Of a DNA stretch of 64,000 nucleotides, positions 16,608-26,479 are shown one piece after another (position 1 is the first letter of the stretch; each line of letters starts with the position of its first letter). The notes under the pieces are model-generated. The model ran no database searches and was not told the origin of the DNA. It worked only from the letters and a program-made list of their open reading frames with translations. Position numbers and translations under genes: made by a program. Source of the stretch: Actinomycetota bacterium. GTDB lineage: Bacteria; Actinomycetota; CALGFH01; JBBAAN01. The stretch lies in the NCBI GenBank assembly GCA_041658225.1, contig JBBAAN010000002.1, forward strand, positions 2,124-66,123, in the 5' to 3' direction.

Positions 16608-16700
16608 CCGCCTTCGTCACCAGCGACCGGCGCGGAATGCCTCCACCTGGTGGTAGCACGTGCATTCCTTGCGCCACTCGACGACGGCGTAGCGATCGGC
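16608..16700. repeat. About 95-bp segment, roughly 95% identical to 18157-18250. It covers the 3' coding end plus stop of both substrate-binding protein paralogs.
   Basis: Direct comparison: cctccacctggtggtagcac(g/t)tgcattccttgcgccactcgacgacggcgtagcgatcggctccgtcatacttgcccttgcggta... present at both loci. Confidence 0.8.
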
Positions 16701-18110
16701 TCCGTCATACTTGCCCTTGCGGTAGGTGAGCGGATCCGAGATAGCAACCCGATCAGCGTAGGTGCCCAGCGAATCGATCTCCGCCAGAAAGCCTTTCCTC
16801 GTGAGGTTCGCACCTGCCTGTCTCGCGGCCTTGACCCAAAGGGCAAGGTGCTCGCAGGTGAACATGAGGTAGTCCCTGTCCGCGTTGTTCTGCAGCGGCT
16901 TGCCGCCGAACTTCGCATGCACATCCAGGCATTCCTTGCCGCTGGACCTCGTCGGCTTGCCCGCGGCCATCTCCCCAGTAAGGAGAACGGTGACGGCCTT
17001 GGTCCCGTCCCACTGGCTGGTCTCGTAGCCGGAACTCGTCGTATCGAGCGAGAGTTGGGCGAAGTCCGACGCGGTGTACTTCGGATGGAAGTCCTGCGCT
17101 TTCGCCTGGGTCAGGAAGAAGGTGTTGACGAAGTAGTTGCCCACCGGCCAAACGACGTCCACGTTCGCGCTCTTGAATCTCAGGACGGCGCTTGTGGACT
17201 CGACGGGGGCCCGAGTATTGTCCGAGGAGAACACGAACGTGCTGGCCACGTTGAGCCCTCGGGACTTCATGTAGGGAAGCAGCACGTCATTGACGACGGC
17301 CTGATCCTCCGGAACGTCCTGCCACCAAACACCGATCTTCTTCGAGCCGCTGGCCAGACCCGACGTCACGGCCCAGTCGACCCAGTTCTTGAGCATGCGA
17401 TCCTTGCTCATGACAGTGAGCCGGATCCAGCCCTTCTCCCGCCGGTAGAGGGTGTCGACCGAGGCCGGGTTCATCGTGACCGTCGGGATCTCCTTGCTTG
17501 CCAAGCAGACCTGGGCATCGCCGTAGTAGCCGAATGGCGTGACGGCCCCGAAGACCTTCAGGTCCTCCCCCAGCTTTACGCAAGCCGATTGCATGTCGTC
17601 CATGGACAGCGGGTTGTACGTGACAACCTGCGCCGACAGCTTCCGCCCGTTAATGCCGCCCGCAGCGTTGACCTCCTTGACGAACGGCTCGAGGAAGTCT
17701 CCCCCCGGGTAGGACGGGGTGGTCATGCCGAAGCTGGCCCCCTGCGCCATCGCCGACTCGTCGATGGCCAGCCAGCCGAGCAGCACGGACTCCTTCGTCA
17801 CCCCGCGGTCGGTCGCTCCAAGGCCGGCGGGAGCGCGAGGTCCCACCGTCCCTCCCTGCGAACTCTTGACTGGGGGACTCGCGCCCAGCGCAGCGATCGA
17901 GAAGCCGGCCGGCGTATCGCTCACGACAGTCTCATCCGCCGTCGCGCCGGCCGACACGGCGGACGAAGAGGGAGACACGCGGGCCGCCTTGCCGTCCCCG
18001 GAACCCCCACATCCGGTCGCCCCAAGCACAACGACGACACCGAGCCAGACAGCCGCGAGCGAGCGAAGTCTTGGTCCGGCTCCACGAGCCGCTTTCGGCA
18101 ACACCGCCCC
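16617..18110 (-). CDS. ABC transporter substrate-binding lipoprotein, Liv/amide-binding PBP type 1 family. Paralog 1; start approximate.
   Basis: Lipobox LGATGCGG after hydrophobic segment; S/A-rich linker then periplasmic binding fold. ORF track reports 16617..18257, but the upstream part overlaps the paralog's 3' end. Confidence 0.75.
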   Translation of the reverse strand, partial: GAVLPKAARGAGPRLRSLAAVWLGVVVVLGATGCGGSGDGKAARVSPSSSAVSAGATADETVVSDTPAGFSIAALGASPPVKSSQGGTVGPRAPAGLGATDRGVTKESVLLGWLAIDESAMAQGASFGMTTPSYPGGDFLEPFVKEVNAAGGINGRKLSAQVVTYNPLSMDDMQSACVKLGEDLKVFGAVTPFGYYGDAQVCLASKEIPTVTMNPASVDTLYRREKGWIRLTVMSKDRMLKNWVDWAVTSGLASGSKKIGVWWQDVPEDQAVVNDVLLPYMKSRGLNVASTFVFSSDNTRAPVESTSAVLRFKSANVDVVWPVGNYFVNTFFLTQAKAQDFHPKYTASDFAQLSLDTTSSGYETSQWDGTKAVTVLLTGEMAAGKPTRSSGKECLDVHAKFGGKPLQNNADRDYLMFTCEHLALWVKAARQAGANLTRKGFLAEIDSLGTYADRVAISDPLTYRKGKYDGADRYAVVEWRKECTCYHQVEAFRAGRW

Positions 18111-18156
18111 GGAACGCCTGCAGCGCCACGACCTCCCCACGCCGATCCCCCCTCCG

Positions 18157-18250
18157 GTCCGCCCTCTACCAGGTTCCCCGGCGAAACCCCTCCACCTGGT
18201 GGTAGCACTTGCATTCCTTGCGCCACTCGACGACGGCGTAGCGATCGGCT
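18157..18250. repeat. Second copy of the about 95-bp near-identical segment (see 16608-16700).
   Basis: Same as above. Confidence 0.8.
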
Positions 18251-19656
18251 CCGTCATACTTGCCCTTGCGGTAAGTGAGCAGATCCGTCAATGCGACGCG
18301 CTCGTCGTGGGTTCCTATGGAATCCAGCGCGGCGAGGAATCCCACCCTGGTCAGGTTCCGCCCCGCAAGCCTCGCCACCTTCGCCCACAGCCACACGTGC
18401 TCGCACACGAAGAGCGCGTAGTCCCGATCCGTGTTGTTCTGCAGGGTTTTTCCTCCATTGCGCTGGTAGGCATCCAGGCACTGCTTCTGCGCGGAGGCCA
18501 TCGGCTTGCCCGCGGCGATCTCCCCCGTGCGCAAGGAAGTCAAGGCTCTTGTTCGATCCCACTGGTTGGCGCTGTAGGCCCCGCTGGTGGCGTCGACCGC
18601 CACCTGCGCGAAGTCCGAGGCGGCGTACTTCGGCCGGAAGTTCTGGCTGTCTGCCTGGTTCAAGAAGAACGTGTTGTAGAAGTAGTTCGCCAGCGGGAGC
18701 ACCAGGTTCACGTTGGAACTCTTGAACCGAAGTACGGCCGAGTTGCTGTCCAGCGCTACTCGGGAGTAGTCGGAGGAGAAGATGAATGTTTGCGCCACGT
18801 TCAGCCCTCGCGACTTCAGGTACGGCAAGAAGACGTTCTTCGCCACACCCTGATCTTCGGGCAGGTCCGCCCAGAAGACCCCGATGCGGCTGGAAGGCGT
18901 GGCGATGCCGGATCCCAGCATCCAGTCGACCCAGTTCTTGACCGTCCGGTCCTTGTTCATAACGGTCTCGCGAATCCAACCCTTCTCGCGGCGAAACAAG
19001 AGATCCTCCGAAGAGGCATTGAAGCTCAGAGTGGGAACCTGCTTGTTCGCCAGGCACACCTCGGCGTCGCCATAGAAGCCGGCCAGGGCAACGGCTCCGA
19101 ACGCCTTGAGGTCCTCGGCCACCGCCACGCACGCGGCTTGCATGTTGTCCTCCTGCAGGGGCGTGTAGGTGACCACCTTCACATTCAGCTTGCGCCCGTT
19201 GATACCTCCGCCGGCGTTGATCTCCTTCACGTAGGGGGCAAGGTAGTCTTCCGTCGCGTAGGTGGGGACGGTCAGCCCCATCGCGGACCCTTCCGCCATC
19301 GTCGCCTGGTCCATGGCGAGCCATGCAAGCAGCACGGAGTCCTTGGTGACACCCCGGTCGCTTGCGGTGAGCGCCGACGTCGTCCTGGCTCCTGACGCGA
19401 CTGGGCTCGGCGCTCCCGACCGAGACGTGCCCGTCCCCGCTGTCGGAGTCGCAGCACCAGTCGTCGTTGTCTCCGCGCCGGTTGTGGCAGTCTCCTCCAG
19501 CGCAACAGTCTCCGAGTTCGGGCCCGCTCCCACGCCGGCCCGCGGCCGGTCGGGTCCCCCACAGCCGGCCATCACCAAAGCCAAGAGGGTCAGACCGGCC
19601 GTCACCCTGAAGCCGACCGCTATCCCGCCCGCCGGAACCACACGCCTCGGACGCAC
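18166..19656 (-). CDS. ABC transporter substrate-binding lipoprotein, paralog 2; start approximate.
   Basis: Lipobox LVMAGCGG, T/A-rich linker, and about 60% identity to paralog 1 across the binding domain. Confidence 0.75.
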   Translation of the reverse strand: MRPRRVVPAGGIAVGFRVTAGLTLLALVMAGCGGPDRPRAGVGAGPNSETVALEETATTGAETTTTGAATPTAGTGTSRSGAPSPVASGARTTSALTASDRGVTKDSVLLAWLAMDQATMAEGSAMGLTVPTYATEDYLAPYVKEINAGGGINGRKLNVKVVTYTPLQEDNMQAACVAVAEDLKAFGAVALAGFYGDAEVCLANKQVPTLSFNASSEDLLFRREKGWIRETVMNKDRTVKNWVDWMLGSGIATPSSRIGVFWADLPEDQGVAKNVFLPYLKSRGLNVAQTFIFSSDYSRVALDSNSAVLRFKSSNVNLVLPLANYFYNTFFLNQADSQNFRPKYAASDFAQVAVDATSGAYSANQWDRTRALTSLRTGEIAAGKPMASAQKQCLDAYQRNGGKTLQNNTDRDYALFVCEHVWLWAKVARLAGRNLTRVGFLAALDSIGTHDERVALTDLLTYRKGKYDGADRYAVVEWRKECKCYHQVEGFRRGTW

Positions 19657-19947
19657 TGGCGGTTCCCCCCTTCGATCGACATCCGGCGCTACACGTCCAC
19701 CGGGACCACAGACATCGGGCGCGTCGCAGGTCCCGTCGTCCGACCCGCCGCGGGTCCCAATCTGTTCCTTTCGCCGGGCCTGATTCGCGGATGCGAGCAA
19801 AAGTGCATCGCTGATCCAGGCCTTGCCCCCACCACAAGTGCTCTGGGCGCCATTCTGATGGCCTGTTCAGAGCCGGGTCAAGGCGCCGTCTCCCGGCGAC
19901 CCGGCCCGGCCCTCAACCCCTCCGTTCACGGCCAATAACGGCGGTCT

Positions 19948-21348
19948 CTACTCGCGCACCCTTGCGGCCTCGGCATAACGGCCGCGGATCGACTCACGAT
20001 CCACTCCGAGATCGGGCTCGACCGTCTCCCCCCCACCGAAGCCCCAGGCCTCCGCCACCTCCGCCGGCTGCTTGCCGTGAAGGACCGCCGCCGCCTGGAC
20101 GCAGGCCCCCGCCGCCACGTGCTCCCGCTCTTCCGGCACCGTCACGATCCGGCCCGCCAGATCCGCAACCACGCGCCGGTAGGCGATCGAGCGGGAGCCT
20201 CCTCCCACAAGGAACAGCCGGCCCCTGCTCGTCTCGACTCCGGCAGCGCCCATCGCGTCCAGTCCATCCAGCAGTCCGCAAACCACACCCTCGAAAGCGG
20301 CTCTTGCCACCTGAGCGGGCGTGACGTCCGAGCGAAAGCCCACCATGGCGCCCGTCGCGTCCGGACGGTTTGGCGTGCGCTCCCCATCCAGGTAGGGAAC
20401 CACCACGACTCCCCCGGCTCCGGGAGACGCGGAAATCGCAAGCTCCTCGAACCCCCTCTGCCCCACCGAAAGCACGCGGGCAAACGCGTCGGTGACCTTG
20501 GTGGCATTGAGCGTACACACCAGTGGCAGGTAGTTGCCCGTGGCGTCGGCGAAACCTGCCACGGCTCCCGTGGCGTCGCTGGTGGGCGAGGCGCACACCG
20601 AGAACACCGTGCCCGAGGTCCCCAGGGAAATCGCCACGTCGCCGGGACGCAGTCCCACGCTCAGTGCGGCCGCCATGTTGTCCCCGGTGCCCGACCCCAC
20701 GACCGCGCCACGCCACGCACCGGCGGACTCCAAGGGGCCCAACACTTTGGGCAGCACGCTCTCATCCAGCCCACACGCCATCTTCAGTAGATCGGGGCGC
20801 CAACGCTCTTCGCGAGGAGACCAGTATCCGGTGCCCGAAGCCTCGCCTCGGTCGGTGGTGAACTCACCCGTCAGGCGATAGGTGAGCCAATCGTGAGGAA
20901 GCAGCACCTTCGCCACACGCGCCAGCGCATCCGGTTCGTGTTGGGCCAACCAGGCCAGCTTGGTAATCGTCAAGGACGCGACCAGCACGCTGCCGCACGC
21001 CTCCGCCCACCATGCCGCGCCTCGCCGGGCAACCAGCTCCGCCGCCTCCGGCGCCGACTCAGTGTCGTTCCATAGTTTCGCGGGACGGATCACCCTGCCC
21101 GACGAGTCAAGGCAGACCATGCCGTGTTGCTGCCCGCCGACGGCAGCCGCCGCCACATTCGGACCGCCGGCCTGCGCCATCGCTTCTTCGAACGCCGACC
21201 ACCAGGCGGCAGGATCCTGCTCGCTGCGCGGCGGCCTGGTCGGCGGATGCGCCGCCTTGCCCGTGGCAACCAATTCGCCGGCGTCGGCGTCGCGAATCTC
21301 GACCTTGGTCGACTGCGTCGAGGAGTCGACCCCCATCACCAGTGGCAT
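19948..21348 (-). CDS. xylB: FGGY-family carbohydrate kinase, xylulokinase-like.
   Basis: Motifs MGVDSSTQSTK, LGTSGT, GGGSRS; start inferred at MPLVMGVDSS. Confidence 0.75.
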   Translation of the reverse strand: MPLVMGVDSSTQSTKVEIRDADAGELVATGKAAHPPTRPPRSEQDPAAWWSAFEEAMAQAGGPNVAAAAVGGQQHGMVCLDSSGRVIRPAKLWNDTESAPEAAELVARRGAAWWAEACGSVLVASLTITKLAWLAQHEPDALARVAKVLLPHDWLTYRLTGEFTTDRGEASGTGYWSPREERWRPDLLKMACGLDESVLPKVLGPLESAGAWRGAVVGSGTGDNMAAALSVGLRPGDVAISLGTSGTVFSVCASPTSDATGAVAGFADATGNYLPLVCTLNATKVTDAFARVLSVGQRGFEELAISASPGAGGVVVVPYLDGERTPNRPDATGAMVGFRSDVTPAQVARAAFEGVVCGLLDGLDAMGAAGVETSRGRLFLVGGGSRSIAYRRVVADLAGRIVTVPEEREHVAAGACVQAAAVLHGKQPAEVAEAWGFGGGETVEPDLGVDRESIRGRYAEAARVRE

Positions 21349-21526
21349 GGCCCACCCCACCCGGAGAGCGGTTCTACGAGGGAACAATACTCGGACCTCA
21401 GAGTGTGGACCCCCCTCACGGAAGCCTCCTCACATCTCCGGCCTCGACCACGAATGCTCGCCGACCGGAGCGGCTCCGGGGATCTGCTCGCGCACGATCT
21501 CCCCCCTCAGGGTCTCGGTCATACCG

Positions 21527-24500
21527 CTACCTTCCGGCAATGTCGACTGCCCGCACGCCCTCCCACGTCTGCCACGTCTGCCAGAGCTCGGCGTACTTCC
21601 CGCCGCGCGCCACCAACTCGTCGTGGGCTCCCAGTTCCACGATGCGCCCGTGTTCCACGACGGCGATGCGATCGGCCCGACGTGCGGTCGCCAGCCGGTG
21701 GGCAACCACCATCACCGTCCTGCCGTGCGAGAGAACGCCCATCCCTCGCTGCACCCGCGCCTCGGTGGCCGCATCGAGGCTGGAGGTCGCCTCATCCAGC
21801 ACCAGGATCCTCGGGTCGGCCAGCCACGCCCGCGCCAACGCAATGAGCTGGCGCTCCCCGGCGGAGAGCGAGCCCCCCCGCTCCGTGATCGGAGCAAGGT
21901 AGCCTTCCGGTCGCATAGCGACGAACTCGTGAGCGCCCACCGCGCGCGCCGCCTCCTCCACCTCCGCGTCGCTCGCCCCCGGGCGGGCGAAGGCGATGTT
22001 GTCGCGAATAGTTCCGGTGAACAGGAACGGCTCCTGCGGAACCACACCCAGGAAACGCCGATAGGAGCGCACAGAGACCTCACGCAGGTCCATCCCGTCC
22101 ACCAGCACCCTGCCCTCGGTCGGGTCGTAGAAGCGAGTGACCAGCTTGATAACGGTGGACTTGCCCGCCCCCGTCTCCCCTACCAGCGCCAGGGTCTCAC
22201 CGGGTGCCACCCGAACACTCACCCCGTCCAGGGCCCAAGCAGCGTCCTCGGAGTAGCGGAAGCGAACGTTCTCCAGAACCACCTCGCCCTTGACCTCCGC
22301 CAGCTCGAGCGTGCCGAGGCGCTCCGCCGTGGACGGCTGCGTCTCCATCAGCCCCGAGATCTTGACCACCGCCGCGCGCGCCTGCTGATAGGAGTCGAAG
22401 ATCTGGGATAGCTGCTGAATGGGCCCGAAGAACTGGTTCAAGTACAGCAGGAACGCGATCAGCACACCGGCCGTGAGCTGTCCTCGACTCACCAGGTGCG
22501 CACCGTAGGCCAGGATCGCCACCATGCTCAGCGACCCGACCAGTTCCACGGCCGGGAAGTAGATCGCCGCCAGGCGCTGACCCTCCAACCGGGCGTCCAG
22601 GTGCTCGCGCGCCACAAGGCGGAAGTCGCTCATGTTGCGACCCTCCCGAGTGAACGCCTGCGCCACGCGCACTCCCGAGACGCTTTCCTGGAAGCTGGCC
22701 ATCACCGCGGCGATCCGGTCGCGAACGCGAAGGTAAGCGCGGTCGCTCTCCCGGCGGAACCACCAGGTCAGTCCCGCAAGCGGCAACGGAACCACCACCA
22801 TCAGCACCGCCAGCTTGGGATTCATCGTGAACAACGCCGCGGTCACGCCGAGCAAAGTCAGCACGCTGACCGCCAGGCTTGGCAGGCTCTCCCCCAGGAA
22901 CTGTGACATCGCCTCGACGTCGCTCGTCATACGAGTCATCACTCGACCGGCCATCTCCCGGTCGTAGAAGTCCATCCCCAACCTCATCAGTTGGGCGAAC
23001 ACCTTGACGCGCAAGGAATAGAGCATCCGTTCGGACTGCCGGCCCATCCAGCGCTGCTGTCCGCGCGAGACGACGAAGGCCACCGCAATCACTCCAAGGA
23101 ATGCCAGGCTCGCCGAGCGCAGTGCTGAGTAGCTGTGACCCAAGACGCCGCGATCCACACCCGTGCGAACCAAAGCCGGGCCGGCAAGCTGCGTCAGAGT
23201 GTCGAGCCCGACCAGTACCGCCCCCACCACCAGCGCCCACCAGTAGGACCGCAGGAAGCGCCCCAGGCGGAACCCGGCCTCCGGCCGGGCCGCTTCCTCC
23301 AGATCCACATTGGGCTGCGCATTAGCCGCGGGGAGCTTGGCGAGCTGAGCCATCAGTTTCTCGTCGGGAACGATGTCGGCAAAGAACCCGCCGTGCCCGC
23401 CTTGTCCACCCGAGCGCATGGCGGCGCGCGGAGCCGGACGTACCGGTGTCCCGACCATCGCCCCAGCCTGCTCGGAAACGCTCGCCGAGCGACGCAACGC
23501 CGAGCCCCTCGCCCCCTCACCCTCGCCGTTTCCGGAAGGCCATCCGCTCGCCCCGGCTTCGGATCCAGCGGCGCCGACGACCTCACCGCCCTCTTCACCC
23601 TCGGCGGAGTCGGAAACCCCCGTGAGCAATCGCCGGTACAGCTCGCAGTTCGCCATCAGGTGTTCGTGGCTCCCATCGGCAGCCACCCCGCCCGCGTCCA
23701 CGACCACGATGCGGTCGGCCAGCGCCAGCGTCGATCGACGGTGCGCGATGATCAGCGCCGTGCGCCCCTTCATCAGCCGGCGCAACGTCGCGTGGATCCC
23801 CGCCTCTACGTGCGCGTCCACCGCCGAGGTGGCGTCGTCGAGCACCAGGATCTTCGGGTCCTGGATCAGCGCTCGAGCCAACGCGATTCGCTGGCGCTCC
23901 CCCCCGGAAAGAGTCAGTCCCCGCTCGCCCACATCCGTCTCGTAGCCGTCGGGAAGGACCTCGATGAACGCCTCGGCCTCAGCGGCGCGCGCCGCCGCAC
24001 GGACCTGTTCAAGCGAGGCGTCGGGACAGCCGTAGGCGATGTTGGCGCGGATCGACCCGGAAAACAGGAAGGCCTCCTCGAACACAACGCCGATGCCTCC
24101 GCGCAAGTCGGCAACCCGCACCTCGCGCACATCGTGGCCGTCCACGAGCACCCGGCCGCCCTGCGCGTCGTAGAAGCGAGGAAGCAGCAGCGCAACGGTG
24201 GACTTGCCCGATCCACTCCCACCGACCAGCGCCACGCTCTCTCCGGCTCTGACCTTCATGCTGAAGCCGTTCAGAACCGGCTGAGAGCGCAAGTACCCAA
24301 AAGTGACATCGTCGAAGTCGATGTCCCCCTTGATGTCCGGCAACGCCTTCGCCTCCGGGGCATCCACCACCTTGGGAGCGGAGTCCAGCAACTCCAGGAT
24401 CCGCTCTGCCCCGGCCCGAGCCATCTGGGCCCCCGCGATGACCATCACCATCATCCGCGCCGGGATGACGATCTGGAGCAGGTAGGTGTTGAAGGCCAGG

Positions 24501-25369
24501 AAGGTCCCGAGGCTCAAGCTCCCCGAGAGCACCATGCGCCCTCCGACCGCGAGCAGGCCGACCATGCCCAACATCGGAAGCACCTGAATAAATGGCACAT
24601 AGCGGGCCCTCAGGTTGACGTTGCGTACTCGAGAGCGGAACAGACCCGCCGCCGCATCCTCCAGCCAGTGAAGTTGGCCGTCCTCGGCCGCGAAAGCCTT
24701 CACCACGCGGATGCCCGAGACCGACTCCTCCACCACCCCCGCAACCTCGCCGGCCCTCTGCTGGGCGTCCCAGGTTGCCGGGAACACGCGCGTGCGAATG
24801 CGTAGCGTCGCGACCACAACCGCCGGGACCACGGCCAGGCAAACCGCTGCCAGCACGGGGCTGAGCACGAACATCAGAACCGCCGAGATGACCAGCATCA
24901 CCAGGTTGCCCGTCATGTACGGAGCGAACCCCAGGAACATCTGGATCAGCCGGACGTCACTGTTGGCGCGCGAGACGACCTGCCCGGTCTCGAGGCGGTC
25001 CTGGGTCCCAAAGTCCAGTCTCTGCAGGTGGTCGTAGATGGCGTTTCGCAGGTCGTACTCGATGTCGAAGCTGATCATGCCCGCATACCATCGCCGGGCC
25101 GCGCTGCCGATCACCTGGATCAAACCCAGGCCCAGCAAGGCCGCCAGCCAGGGCCCGATGGGACTGACATGCTTCAGCACCGACTTGTCCACGGTCGCCC
25201 GGAGGATGAGAGGCATCACCGAAGAGGCGCCGAGGCCGATCAGCGCTCCGGCCACCGTCGCCGCGAGTGGAAAGCGCCGCTTGGACACCAGCGGCCAGAG
25301 CCGGCGAATCCAGCCCCCCGCCTCGGGAGGAGCTATGCCGGCAGAACGGCGCACGTGCCCACCCTTCAA
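21527..25369 (-). CDS. Fused four-domain ABC exporter (TMD-NBD-TMD-NBD) of 1280 aa. Two half-transporters in one polypeptide.
   Basis: Two Walker A sites (GGSGSGKST, GETGAGKST), two LSGGERQR/LSAGERQ signatures, and six-helix TMD before each NBD. Confidence 0.85.
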   Translation of the reverse strand: MKGGHVRRSAGIAPPEAGGWIRRLWPLVSKRRFPLAATVAGALIGLGASSVMPLILRATVDKSVLKHVSPIGPWLAALLGLGLIQVIGSAARRWYAGMISFDIEYDLRNAIYDHLQRLDFGTQDRLETGQVVSRANSDVRLIQMFLGFAPYMTGNLVMLVISAVLMFVLSPVLAAVCLAVVPAVVVATLRIRTRVFPATWDAQQRAGEVAGVVEESVSGIRVVKAFAAEDGQLHWLEDAAAGLFRSRVRNVNLRARYVPFIQVLPMLGMVGLLAVGGRMVLSGSLSLGTFLAFNTYLLQIVIPARMMVMVIAGAQMARAGAERILELLDSAPKVVDAPEAKALPDIKGDIDFDDVTFGYLRSQPVLNGFSMKVRAGESVALVGGSGSGKSTVALLLPRFYDAQGGRVLVDGHDVREVRVADLRGGIGVVFEEAFLFSGSIRANIAYGCPDASLEQVRAAARAAEAEAFIEVLPDGYETDVGERGLTLSGGERQRIALARALIQDPKILVLDDATSAVDAHVEAGIHATLRRLMKGRTALIIAHRRSTLALADRIVVVDAGGVAADGSHEHLMANCELYRRLLTGVSDSAEGEEGGEVVGAAGSEAGASGWPSGNGEGEGARGSALRRSASVSEQAGAMVGTPVRPAPRAAMRSGGQGGHGGFFADIVPDEKLMAQLAKLPAANAQPNVDLEEAARPEAGFRLGRFLRSYWWALVVGAVLVGLDTLTQLAGPALVRTGVDRGVLGHSYSALRSASLAFLGVIAVAFVVSRGQQRWMGRQSERMLYSLRVKVFAQLMRLGMDFYDREMAGRVMTRMTSDVEAMSQFLGESLPSLAVSVLTLLGVTAALFTMNPKLAVLMVVVPLPLAGLTWWFRRESDRAYLRVRDRIAAVMASFQESVSGVRVAQAFTREGRNMSDFRLVAREHLDARLEGQRLAAIYFPAVELVGSLSMVAILAYGAHLVSRGQLTAGVLIAFLLYLNQFFGPIQQLSQIFDSYQQARAAVVKISGLMETQPSTAERLGTLELAEVKGEVVLENVRFRYSEDAAWALDGVSVRVAPGETLALVGETGAGKSTVIKLVTRFYDPTEGRVLVDGMDLREVSVRSYRRFLGVVPQEPFLFTGTIRDNIAFARPGASDAEVEEAARAVGAHEFVAMRPEGYLAPITERGGSLSAGERQLIALARAWLADPRILVLDEATSSLDAATEARVQRGMGVLSHGRTVMVVAHRLATARRADRIAVVEHGRIVELGAHDELVARGGKYAELWQTWQTWEGVRAVDIAGR

Positions 25370-25887
25370 AGCTCCGGGCTCTCCGCTCTCCCGGGCATCT
25401 GTTCCCCGGCACCGCCCGGCGTCTGTTCCCCGGCACCGCCCGGTGTGGGATCACCGCCGCCTCGCACCTCTTCGGCCAGACGCCCGAGCAGCCCGTTCAC
25501 GAATCGTCCGGAGTCCTCAGTGGAGAGCAACTTGGCCAACTCCACAGCCTCGTTGATGACCACGGCCACCGGCACCGAGGGGCGGTGGAACAGCTCGAAC
25601 GCGCCGATGCGCAAGAGGTTGCGGTCGATGATCGGCATGCGCTCGATGGTCCAGTTGTGAGCAAGCCGCCTGATCGCCGCGTCCAGGGCATCGCGCTCGC
25701 GAGCCACCCCCAGCACCAGGTCTTCGGTGAACTCATCGGCCGGTGACCACGCGGTCACGGCGCCCCCACCCGCGAGCACGTCCTCGGGCTTGCGGCCCAG
25801 GACGTCGGCCTCATAGAGGATCTCGAGGGCGAGCCGCCGGGCTTGCGAGCGGCGAGGAGGTGCGCTGCCGGACTCGCCTCTTGTCAT
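25366..25887 (-). CDS. nusB: Transcription antitermination factor NusB with a short C-terminal G/P-rich repeat tail.
   Basis: Motif ARRLALEILYEADV...; conserved efp-nusB synteny; tail contains TPGGAGEQ x2. Confidence 0.85.
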   Translation of the reverse strand: MTRGESGSAPPRRSQARRLALEILYEADVLGRKPEDVLAGGGAVTAWSPADEFTEDLVLGVARERDALDAAIRRLAHNWTIERMPIIDRNLLRIGAFELFHRPSVPVAVVINEAVELAKLLSTEDSGRFVNGLLGRLAEEVRGGGDPTPGGAGEQTPGGAGEQMPGRAESPEL

Positions 25888-26447
25888 CACTGGACTCGGG
25901 TGAGGTACTCCCCGGAGCGGGTGTCGACCTTGATCCGATCGCCCGTCTCGACGAACAGGGGCACCTGAACCACGGCTCCGGTCTCCAGCGTCGCCGCCTT
26001 GGTGGCCCCGGAAACTCGGTCGCCCTTCACGCCCGGCTCGGTCTGCGTGATCTCGAGTTCCACGGCCGCCGGCAGTTCCGCCGTTATCGGGGTGCCCTCG
26101 TGCGAGACGACGATGGCCATAGTGCCCGACTTGAGCCACTTCGAGGCGCCGCCCATCACCGAACCCGGCACCGTCACCTGGTCGTAGGTCTGGGTGTCCA
26201 TGAAGACGAAGTCGCCGTGCTCCCCGTAGAGGTACTGCATCTCGCGCTTCTCCATCATGGCCACCTTGACGGGCTCATCGCCACGGAAGGTCCGATCCAG
26301 GACGGCGCCGGTGCGCACGTTCTTCAGTTTGGTGCGCACGAACGCCCCACCCTTGCCGGGCTTGACGTGCTGGAACTCGACGACGTTGAACAGAGTCCCG
26401 TCGATGTCCAGCGTCATTCCGTTCTTGAGGTCGTTGGTCGTAGCCAC
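25887..26447 (-). CDS. efp: Elongation factor P.
   Basis: KPGKGGAFVRTKLKN motif; 186 aa. Confidence 0.9.
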   Translation of the reverse strand: MATTNDLKNGMTLDIDGTLFNVVEFQHVKPGKGGAFVRTKLKNVRTGAVLDRTFRGDEPVKVAMMEKREMQYLYGEHGDFVFMDTQTYDQVTVPGSVMGGASKWLKSGTMAIVVSHEGTPITAELPAAVELEITQTEPGVKGDRVSGATKAATLETGAVVQVPLFVETGDRIKVDTRSGEYLTRVQ

Positions 26448-26479
26448 TGGAACTCTCCTTGTCCCGGCGCGGGGCGGCG

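Noticed and set aside
16418-16924. 168-aa minus-strand ORF overlapping the 3' end of substrate-binding protein 1.
   Set aside because: Frame-shifted read-through of the duplicated 95-bp segment plus intergenic DNA. Its N-terminal MTEPIATPSSSGARNA is the same nucleotides as the spurious upstream part of ORF 16617-18257.
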